Source: a virus
Length of the DNA stretch: 64,000 bases
Virus record (IMG/VR): IMGVR_UViG_3300027747_002579
Coordinates: 1-64,000 of that record
Strand: one strand, 5' to 3'
Part shown: positions 37,618 to 49,600 of the stretch, piece after piece
Numbering within the stretch: the first letter of the stretch is position 1
Layout of the letters: every line of letters begins with the position of its first letter
Made by a program: the position numbers and the translations under genes
The notes under the pieces: model-generated
The model's input: the letters and a program-made list of their open reading frames with translations, nothing else
What the model was told of the DNA's origin: nothing
Databases searched by the model: none

Positions 37618-40600
37618 TGCCAGAACAAATCAATGTTGAAAACCAACAAGGTTCTAATCAAGAAATAATAAATCAGAATTTTCCAAAAGAACCTGTTCCT
37701 AAAAAAACAAGTAATGATGTTGAGATAGAAAAGTTGAATGAGATGTTGTTGAAAAACATTCTCAAACAAGGACCTATTCAAAAAAGTGACTTTCCTGTTG
37801 TGTCTACAAAAGACATTCCAACATCTGGAAGATTTCCTTTATATTTTCCTGGAAGGGACAATGAAGAAATGTATGCTCAGGGACAATCAGTTGCTGAGAA
37901 AGCTCGTAATGGTGTAATACAAATGGCAGGTATTGCAGGTACAACATTCATTAATGGTACAGTGGGACTTGTTAATGGAGTTACTGAAATATTTAAACAA
38001 AAAGGAAAGCTTTCTGCATTTTACGATAATGACATGACAAGATCATTTGATGAATTTAACAATTCATGGAATGACAAGTATGCATTATATAAAACTGAAA
38101 GAGAAAGAAGTGGTTCTTGGTGGGAACCAGAAAACTTATTTACAGCAAATTTCCTATTTGACAATATTGTAAAGAACATGGGCTTTATGGCTGGTGCAGC
38201 TGCATCAGGCTTTACGTTTGGAGCTGCATTTAAAGCAATGGGTCTTACAGCAAAACTAATGTCAGCAGGTACTAAAATGGCTGCTGCAGCAGATGCTACA
38301 ATTGCAGCAGAAGTTGCATCTCCTAACATAGCAAAATTGTCTAGTGTTACATCTAAATTAGAAAATTTATGGAATGGTGCTAAACAACAAGTGGGAAAAG
38401 GATTAATGAAAGCTGATCAAGGAATTGTAGCATTTCTTGGTACAACAGGAGAAGCTGGAATGGAAGCTCTTGGTAACTCTCAAGAGTTTAGAAAAAATAT
38501 GATAGATGAGTTTGTCAAAACTCACGGATATTCTCCCACAGAAAATGATTTAAAAGAGATAAATAAGAGTGCTGAGAGTGTAGGTAATTGGTCATTAGGA
38601 CTTAACGTAGCCCTTCTTACAGCAACTAACTATATTCAGTTTCCTAAGATGTTAGGGTCTTCCTATAAGGCTGAAAAGGGCATTATTAATGAATTAGGAA
38701 ATAAGCTTTTTGCTGACATGAGGTTTGATAAAACTTTAGGAAAATATGTATCAAATCTTCCTGAAAAAGGATTTGGAAAACTTCTATATAAAACAGGAAA
38801 GATAGGCTCTTTATTTTTCAATAGAGCAGAAGCATTTGAAGAAGGTGCTCAGTTTGCTATTCAAACAGGTACACAAAACTATTTTGATAAAAAATACAGA
38901 GATCACGAAGCTTCTTTCTTAGATGATGGATTGTTAGCAGGTGCTAAAGAAGCCCTTACAACAGACGAGGGGTTGCTAAACATTTTTACAGGAGGATTCT
39001 CAGGAGCTCTTTCTTCTTCAGGAGCAATAGGATTAAAAAAAGATGAACAAGGTAGACTAAAACCTTCTTTGTTTGGCACTGGTAAAATAGGAGAAAGAGG
39101 ATTTACAGGATATGGTGGAGAAGAGGGAAAACTCAGAGAAGAAAAAATAGCAGCATTAAATAAATCTTTACTAAAAGATAATTTAACTAAAGCATATAGT
39201 AGTGTAAAAGCTGCTGAAATTATTCAAAAACAAAGAGAAGAAGCTATTAGACGAGGAGACATTCTTGAGAGTAAAGATCTTGAGTTTGATTATGCTCATA
39301 CATTCATTGAACCTCGTTTAAAATATGGTGCAAGTGGAACCATTTTTTCTGAAATAAAAGAATTAAAACAACAAGCACAAGAAGACTTTGCAGCATTAAA
39401 AGAAAAAGGAACAGCAGCAGAAACAGATACACAAGAATCATTTATTGCTCGTCTTGACAATTTGAAAGCTCATGCTGAACATGCTATAAAAGTTTATGAT
39501 TCAGTGAATCTGAAATACAAAGGACTTGTAGACAAAGATGGCAAACGAGTGTATAGTGATGAGGTGCTTGAAAAACTTGTGTACGCAGGATCTAAAATAT
39601 TTGATTATAATAGACGAGTTCCTCAATTAGCAGGAAAGCTATTAAGCAAAGGCATAACCACTGCACAAGCCTCTTTGGATGAATATGTAAAAGACAATCC
39701 TTCTACAGAAGCAGTTGAAAAAACATTAGCTGAAATAGAGGATGCAAAGAATGAAAAAAATCTAACAGAAGATGACAAGAAAGATTTAAGACGAGATTTT
39801 CAAGACCTACAAGAACTATCATTAAGAAGAAAACAATTCTTAAATGAGTACAAAGATATAGTGGAGGCTCCTAAGAAGTACGAAGTGGAGAAAAAGAAAA
39901 AAGAAGAAACAATTGTTGATGATGCAGGGAACACTGTTCCAAAGCCTATTCCTACAATAAAAGTAAAAACCAAGAAAGGTGAAAGAGATATTGAAATAGG
40001 AACAGAGTACATGTTAGGAAAAAGAATTTTTAAAAGCAGTTTTGGAGAATCTGAAGTTTTTAAATACACCACCTACCCTACACTCACTGTTATAAAAGAA
40101 AATGCAGATGGGACAATTAAAATAAAAGATGCTAATGGTCAAGAGAGAGATGTAGATAAAGATGTATTGTTAAATTACAATTTAGCCAAGGTTTCTACAG
40201 TGGAAAGTAATATAAAAGCAAAGTTTTATAAAGATAGAATTAATAAAATATATAAATATTACGGAAAGAAAAAAACTATAACTGACAACAATGGTAACAA
40301 GTTACAAGTTCCTGTAGAAGGAATGTTAGGATGGAGTGATAAAACTCGCACTCTATTATTTACATACATGGATGGTGCGGGTAAGATAAAAACCATAGAA
40401 GTGGATGGTAAAGATTTTGTAGCATCTGAAGGGTTTGCACAAGCAAAGATGGTGGAAATAGGTGAGGTGAAACCTGGCGAAGAATATAAATTCAACACTC
40501 CAGAAGAAAAACAAATCACTCCTACACAAACTGAAGAAGAGAAAAAACAATTAGCTGAAGTTATAGCAGAAGAATCAAGAGAATCATTGTTAGAGAAAAA

Positions 40601-43600
40601 AGTTAACAACAGAATTACTATAATTGAGAAATTAATAACTGATGCTAAATCTGCTCTTAAAGAAGCTAATAATAAAATAGAAGCTAACAAAAAGAAACTT
40701 GAGAAATTAAGAGAGCAATTAGAAAAAGATGAACAAAGATTTGAAGAACTTTCTAATGCTAAAAAGCCTACAAAAGAAGCTAGATTAGAACTACAAAGAA
40801 CTTTAGATGCTATTAAATTAGCTTCTGAACAAATTCCTTTTGTAGAAAAAATGATAGCAAATTTAACAGAAGAAGAAGAAGAATTTGATAGGCAAATAGA
40901 ATATCTAACTTCTATGTTAGAGAATGTAAAAGAAATGCCTACAGATGTTAAAGATGTAATCCAAGAATTTGAAGATAATATAAAAGATTTAAACGAGACA
41001 AGAGAAACAATTCAGCAAAGCATTAAAACAGGAAACGATATACTTTCTTCTCTAAAAGATTTATTAACTACATCATTAAAAAAGTTAAGTGATTTTGTAA
41101 GTAAGCTAAAGAGTGAAAATAAAATACCTGTTGTAATAGATGAATACCTCGAAAACTTAGAAAAATTCTATGGAGAAGAGGGAGCTAAACAATTCATAGC
41201 AGAAAAACTTGGATATACAGAAGCTGTATTAGCATTACAAAATCAAATCACTTTATTAGAAGATGAATTAAAAATACCTTCTTCAAAATCTCGTAGTGAA
41301 AATATACAGAAAAATCTAAAAGAGCTAGAAGAATCATATAAGAAGCTTTCTTCAGAACAACGAGTGAAAGAATCATTCTTGATGGCTTTCAAGAATGTAA
41401 TAAAAGAAGCAGAAAAAAGAAAACAAGAGGAAGAAGTTTTTAAAGATGAAAATGTAATAAAGGGTATTACAGATACGGCTGATGTGTCTATATTGAATAA
41501 AACTGTAGACGTAGAGAATGGAGAACAAGACACATTCGAACCAGGTAATCGCAAAGAAGATTTACAAGTGGTAAGTAGTACAACACCCACGCTAACGGAT
41601 CTTCCTCACCACAAACGTGCAAACCTATTTGGAGTGAGATTTCCAAAGCTAAAAAACAAAGCAAACATTCGTGGAATCATTGTCACTTCAAAGAATGAAG
41701 CTTCTTTAGGACTTGTTCCTAAAAATGAAAAAGGTGAATACGATGCAAATAAAGGTTTAATGGTTCATCTAAAAGGTACATCCTCTGTAGATCCTACACA
41801 AACTATAGCTCTTGTTATGGTAGAACAAAATGAGGATGGCACCTTCCATTTCATAGATGAGAATGGTGAAAAAATTGAAAATCCTTCTCCAGAAAACACA
41901 ATCTATCAAGTGTTTCCTGCCACTCTAGATTGGAGTGAACAATACAAAGGACAGAGCATGTTTAGAAAAGGTATTGATGATAATGTAAAAACTGCTCTTT
42001 CTACTCAATTTGAAGCATGGAGAACAAAAACATTACTGTCACCCTCTGACACACTTCACGAAATACAAGCATCTTGGGGCAATCCTGTGTATGTAACCTA
42101 TAAAGAAATAAACAAAGAAGGAAAAGAAGTAGAACAAAGAGACTACAGAGCAAAAACTTCTTTAGAGGATGCACAGCTTGTTAGTGAGTCAGAAATACCA
42201 TCTGCTGATGTGCAAGTGGTTACAAAAAATGATTTATTTGCTAAAGGAAACTTTTCTATAAGTAAGTCTTTAGGAAGAGTGATATTAGTTTTGTCTAACA
42301 GTATTGTTAAACTTAATAACAGAAGACTAAATAAAAATCAAGCTCTCACTATATACAAAGTGTTAAAAGCTTTGTCAGAAAATGTTCAAAAGAACAAAAA
42401 CCTAAAAGATGAGAAATCTCAAAGCATGCTCAATTGGTTGAAATCAACAATCTATTGGGGCTCTAAAGGTATGTCAGAAAGTGCTTCAGTGAGTCAATTG
42501 TGGTTTAATAGAACAGAAGATGGTCTTTATTTATTCTTTGGAAAAAGCGGTAAGCAGTTTGAATTTAAATCTTCTAGCATAGAAGACAACAAATTAGAAA
42601 TAATAGGATTGTTAGAGGAAATGTACACTAACACTAATTCTACAATGCTAGCTAATAGCGTTGCAAAAACTAAAATATACAAAGAGATAATAGACATTGA
42701 TGAAGATGGTAATCTTGTATTTAGAGAATGGGAAAACTATAAAACATATTTGATTTCTAAAAGATACCAAGAGCTCAAGTTTAATGAAGTGACAAAAGAA
42801 GAAAGATGGGTATTTACAACAGATAGAAATGATATTCCTTTAACAACAAACATGCGTCCAATAAAGACAGATGTTGAAGGGGATGTAAATAAACAAGCAG
42901 TGTATTTCACTGTTACAGATTTACAAAAAGATTACACAATTCCTGAAAAGAAAGCTGTCATTACACCCATTGCTCCTGTAACACCACAAGCTGCACAACC
43001 AGCTCCTACAGCTCCTTCAGCTCCTATTGTCACTCCTACACCAGTGGTGGTGGTTGCTACACAACCAATTGTTTCTAAAGAAAATAGATTAATAGTGGAT
43101 GGTGTGACAGAAAATACAAGTCCTGAAGGATATATTTTTACTTATAACGGTGCTACTGGAGGATTTAAATTTAATATTGATAAAACAGAAGATAAAATAG
43201 GCATTGAAGGAATGAAAAAACTTTATGCAGCTATGGGAACAACTGTTAAAGAATTAGATGAATTAGGTGATGAAGAGTACTTTGCAAAATTTAATATTTA
43301 TATTTTTAATAAAGTATTACCCTTAATAGAAAAAGAAGCACTTTTACAACAACAAGAAAAAGAAGCATTAGCACAAGAAGAAAAAAAGAAACAAGAAGCT
43401 GAAAAAGCAGAACAAGCTCCAGAAGCTCCTGCTGGTTCTACAGATGCTAAAGCTGATATAGAAGCTAAGAAAGCTGATGCACAAACAGTTAAAAACAGGA
43501 TGCAGGAAATAGAAAAACAACCTGTATCTATTAATATAACACAAGATGCTTCAGGTAAAATGGAACAAACTTCTGAAGAAGTTATTTCTCAAATAAAATC

Positions 43601-46600
43601 AGAATTAGATAAGATTGGGTTACCATATACTGATGTTGTTGCTAATGATAAAGGGTCTACATATTTTGTAATTACAAAAGATAGTCAACAACATGAAATA
43701 TTAAGGTTGATTAAAACTGGAGATGCATTAGTTAAACCTATGTTAACTAAAGGTAAATGGATTAATCATCTTATAAAAACACAACCACAAGATCTTTATA
43801 ATTTTGTTGATGCAGAACTAGCTGCTTTAGAAACATCTCCTATTGTTAAAGAAACCGCAGAAACTTTAGCAGCAAGAAGATTAGAAGAATTATCAAACTA
43901 TTATGACACCTTTGGTGAAGAAGGTGATTTATTATTTCAAGGTATAGATACTCCTAGTGGTATTGAAAATACTCAAGAATTTAAAGATGCTGTAAAAGTA
44001 ATATATGATAAATATGATAAATTATTAGCTGATCTAAAAGAAACATCTCCTGCTGAAGAAACAGAAGTTACACCAATTAGTCCTTCTCAACAATTAACAG
44101 AAAATGAACAACAGGATATATCTAATGAGTTAGACAATCTTGATGTTTCAACAGACAAAAGAGAAGAAGCAAGAAAAAAACTAAAAGAAGAACTAAAAAG
44201 ATTTGAACCAGAGAATTGGGAACAATTAACTAAATGGCTTAAGAAATTCTTTCCAAATGTTCCTGTATATAGAGTGAAAAATATAATCACGTCTATAGAT
44301 GGAAAAGAAGAAGTTTGGGGAATGTTTAAAGACGGAGCAATATATGTTTATGAAAATGCAGAAATAGGAACTGTCTATCACGAGGTGTTCGAAGCAGTGT
44401 GGAAAATGTTCTCTTCTCCAGAAGAACAAAAAGCAATAATAGATGAATTCAGACAGAGAAAAGGAACATTCATAGACAGACCTACAGGAGAAACAATTAA
44501 ATACTCTGAAGCAACTCCACAACAAATAAAAGAACAACTTGCTGAAGAATTCAGAGATTATATTCTGTATAAGAAAATCCCAGCAAAGCCCACATACGGA
44601 AAACCATTCATTCTGAAACTATTTTCAGATTTAGTGAATTTTATAAAAGAGTTTTTTACAGGAAATAAAGCACAAATTAATACAGCCAATCTATTTGAAA
44701 AAATAAGCACAGGACATTACAATAAACCATCTTTGTATACATCAGCTCTTGCATTAGCAAACAAAGGAGTGATTGATATAGACAGCGTGTTTGCTTCAAA
44801 CTTTAGTGAGTTTAGATTGAAAGGAATTAGACCAAATGTTGTTGGTGACACTCTTCAACAAATGACTTATTCCATTCTCTATGATTTTGTTCAAGGGAAC
44901 AAAAGCTTCTTCAATATTTCAAAACTAGACAAAACAGTTTATGAAAAAATACAAAAAGATGTATACAACACATTTCTTGTAAAATTAAAAACCATAAGAG
45001 AAGAACTAAAAGAACAAGAAAAAGACAAAGAAAAAAACAAGGTGAAAATTGATGTTTTAAACAATCAATTTAATGAATTAGGCTCTATGTATTTAAAAAC
45101 TAAAGAGCAATGGGACGGTATGGTGGAAGAGCACATAGAGTATTTAAAGCCATACAACATTGAGTTTGAAGACGAGGACAAGAATGAAGATAAAGAAGGA
45201 AGAGGAGATTATCAAGATGCAAGTACAATGGATGCTTTCAAGAAAGCTGATGGTGCTATAAAACTTCTTTTGTCTACGTTAGTGAGGGGAACCCTCAAAG
45301 ATGGAAAAAGAGAAACTGGAGAATCTTCTATAGGAGGAGTTACACTACTTCCTCTCACTGAAGTTTTCATAAAGGTGAAAGAAAATGTATACACATCAAG
45401 AACTCCTGAAGAAATGATTGAGAGGATTCGTAAAATGGCTTTGAAAGACTCTAACTATCGCACTCTATACAAACGTCTTACTAAGACAGAATTTATCACC
45501 AACACTTTTAATCCACAAGATTTAGAGAAAGGACATCAGTTGCAGCTCATACAAGCATTGTGGAAAGTGATGAAGCAACAAAAACCTTCTGTTAAAAACC
45601 TATACATATTTGAAAATGGTGAAATTGAAGTGGGTGATTCCAACTTCTCTTCTCAAATCAGAGAACAGAGAAATGAAATAGAAGCAGTTCTTCAAGAAAA
45701 ATTAAGAAATTCTGAAAATCAATATTATTATTATAATGAAAAGTCTGAATATTACGTACGTAAAGCAAATTATGATTCACGTAATTTAGGAAGAACTAAT
45801 GAAGAAACTCTTTCAAATGAATTAAATTCTTTTGGAATTTCTTTCACAAAAGAAGAAATTTTAAAGATAAAAGAAAACGACAGTAGGAAGTATAATATTT
45901 TAAAAGACGCTGTAGAAGGTCTTAAAACTTCTATAAGCCTAGCTCCTGAACTTAAAGCAATTAGTTCAAAATATTTAGATATTAACAAAAGACTTACACA
46001 AATTGCAGCAGTGAGAGTTTCTTTAGACAACCCTGAATATTCTAGTACATTCTTTAATGTAAAAGGAGAACGTGTTCAAACTTTTATTGGAGAAAATGCA
46101 ATGAGTTCTTTATTCAATACACTTTCACAAATTGAAAACCTTAGTGAACTACAAGGAACAAACTTTGAATATCTTCTTACAGATGCATTTTCACAAAACT
46201 CTCGTCTATTAAATGAAATGTTTCATCCAATTAATAATGAAGATCCAAATTCAGGAAAAAAGAAAGTGGAAAACTATGATGACTTATTGTTTACAATTGG
46301 TTGGCAAGATGGAATGATTAATGAACAAACAGGAAAGAATAAACAATCTTCACAACTAAATTATAAAGAAAGACTTATACAAGAACTAAACCTTAATTTA
46401 AAAGGATGGTTTCTTAATCTTGTTCCTGGAGATGCTAGTTTGGAATGGATGGTGTTTATGGGAAATTTCACATCTCCTGAATCTATTAGTAAAGGAGATT
46501 GGACATCTGTGTATAGTAGATTTAGATCATTTCTATATTCTGAAATAGAGACTTCTAGAGAAGACAGAAGTATTGTAAAACTTAGCAAAGAACAAGTTGA

Positions 46601-49600
46601 AAAAGGTGCTACACAAAGAGACTCAAAAGATTTAAGATTTTTCAAAGGAATTCTTTCAGAAAGTCTTCATAACGAACTTGTAAATTCCACTAAAAGTATT
46701 GCTGAGATCCATTTTGCATACAAAGACAAAATAGACGAAGAAGTAAAAAAATACATTTATGACAAAGCGGCAAATGAAAAAGCAACACTAACTGACTATG
46801 GTATAATAGGACAAAGAAAAGAAAAGGACGGTAAGGCTGGAACCTATTATGCCAATGGATTAAATTTTGAAGATGATCAAAATGTTCCAATAGAAAGTAT
46901 TGATAGTCTTATTTTATCAAATGTTATTAATTACACTGTTGCAAACATTGATCTTCATAAACTAATTTATTCTGATCCCTATCAATACAAGGATGAATTA
47001 AAACGTACAAAACTTTTCAACTCTCCTCACCAACCACTTATTGGAAACTCTGATGGAATGAATAAAGCCTTCTCTAAGTTTTATAATGAAGGATATGAGA
47101 AAGGTGATGTTCACTGGACAGAGTTTGAATCAGACATACTTAGATCAATCACTTATGATGATATACGAGGAGTGAGTGATAAAGGTGTTTGGGACGAAGG
47201 TGATGGAGGAGGAAAAATTATTTTCAAAGCATATAGACAATTTAGAATTAGAGAAAGTAATTGGAGTGATGATAACGAGTTGCAATACAGATATGACGTA
47301 GCTTGGGAAAAGAGATATAAGAACGAACAACTTCCTAAAGAAGAACAAAAACCTCTTTCTGAAAAAGAACAAGAACTTTTAAAGAATGGTAATCCAGGAG
47401 TTGCAGATACATATACAGCTACAAAGCCTAAAATGGCAGGCAACAAAGCAAATGGTAAATCTTACAATGATGTGTTATTAGACAAATGTGCGTTGTTCCC
47501 TATATCATTTAGAGTGATGATGGAAATAAATCCAACAGCAAATGCATTGAAGCTTTACAACAAAATGCAAAGAGAAAAGATAGACTATGTAATATATAAG
47601 AGTGGTAGAAAAGTGGGAGCTGAAGAAACAAATCCTGTATACACTGATAAGGGAGATTTTGATGAAACTCCATTTAAGGGAGTGGTAAATGTTCCATTTA
47701 GTATAATAAGTAGACAATCAGAAACTCCTTCAAAAGAAAGTTCAAAAACAAAAATGGGTAGTCAAATCACTAAGATTGGCACTACAAACTTTACAGAAGC
47801 TGGCGTACCAATTGATTTTGCAGACTTTAATAAATCCACTAAGTTTTCTCCAGAACGTTTTTTAGAATGGATGAATCTCACTCCTGAAGAAAAAGAAACA
47901 AGATCTCCTATACACAAAGAACTTCAAAACAACAAAAAACTCATTGATGAAATGAGAAATAACAATTACAAGTCTTTGTTGAAGAAGTTTGGTATAAAAG
48001 AATTTGGAAAGAAGGGTGAGGAGAAAATATACACAATTGATGATGTTAAAAAAACTGTTAAGTTGTTAAGAAAAAATCTTTCTTCTATTAACAACAACAT
48101 GATTGACGCATTAGAAGATTTTGAAAATGGTACAACAATACTAGAAGCTACAAACTCCTATCAACAATTAAGAAATGTTCTCTTTGCAATTGCTGATAAA
48201 CAAGTGATTAGTCCTAAAATAACAGGAGCACAATTAGTACAGATGTCTTCAGATATGTTAGAATCAGTGAGAGCTGAAAAAACAACAATCAATGGAAAAA
48301 CAGGATATACATCAGATGTATTAAAGTTTTATGAAGACAAAGATGGTCAAAGAGTTTGTGAAATAATGGTGAGAAGATGGTTTGACAGTGATATGTCAGA
48401 CAAAGAGTTGATGGATTATTTTAATAATAATCCAGAAGGACAAAAACAAATTGCTGCTCTTGCAGGAATTGCCTATCGTATTCCAACACAAAACAAAAAC
48501 TCTATTGATGTCTTCAGAGTTGCTAAGTTTCTTCCACAAGAGTTTCGTGATGTTGTAATTGTTCCATCTGAATTAGTTCACAAAGTGGGATCTGACTTTG
48601 ACATTGATAAGTTGTTTATTTATTTAAAAAACATTGTTACAGGAAGAGATGGTAAACCTAAGCTTATAGAATTTTTAGATGATAATAATTCTACAATAGA
48701 AGAAAGATATCTTAATTGGATAAGAAGTAATGCAAATCTTGATACTAGAAATTACATAAAATTTTTAACTAAAAAATCTGTACAAAATCTTAAATCTAAT
48801 TTTGAATTAGTTCTTTCTAAGATTAAAGCTGATTATAAATTTATTGGAAAAGAAGAAAAAGAAGATCTTTTTCAAACATCATTAGAAACTTCAAAATCTA
48901 ATATAGAATATGAAATATTTGACCAAGAAGCATATCTTCAAGAATTATTTGATATGGGGAAAAAGGTTTTCTGGAGAATGTCAGATGAAACTAGAGGACC
49001 TTTTTGGGAAGTAAGAGATTTTATTAGAAGTAGAAACATTAAAGGTCCTGATGAGATTAAAAGATATCTTTCTCTCACAATTGCTTTATTAGAAGATGAA
49101 ACTACAATAGAAGATGATATTATAAAACTTGAAGGATTAGAAAAAATTTATTCTGAAGAACTCAGAGTGATAGGAGAAACAAATGAAATTATTAATAGAA
49201 TAAAAAAAGAAGCTCTTGATAATTTTAGAAAGAATAAAAAAGTATTAAGTGAAGCTCTTAGAGTAGATAGATCAGCTGAATTTGAAGAATCTTTTGATAT
49301 TTATAAAAACATTAAGTCTCAAATAAGTCTTGAAGCTGCTGAAGAAATTGCGAACATTGATGGTTTGTATACATTTGAAGATTTTAAAAAACTATCTAAA
49401 TATGAACAAAACAATATAGAAGCTTTAGAAAACGCATACATATCTTCTCTAGAAGTACTAACTTCTCATCCTTTAAACTATGAAAAATTAACATCTCCCA
49501 ACTCAGCAAAAGAACTACAAGATTTGTCAATAGAAATTGTTAACAAACTTGGACTTGGTGCATTTGATTATACAAAAACATCAAACTTGTTAGATAGAAG

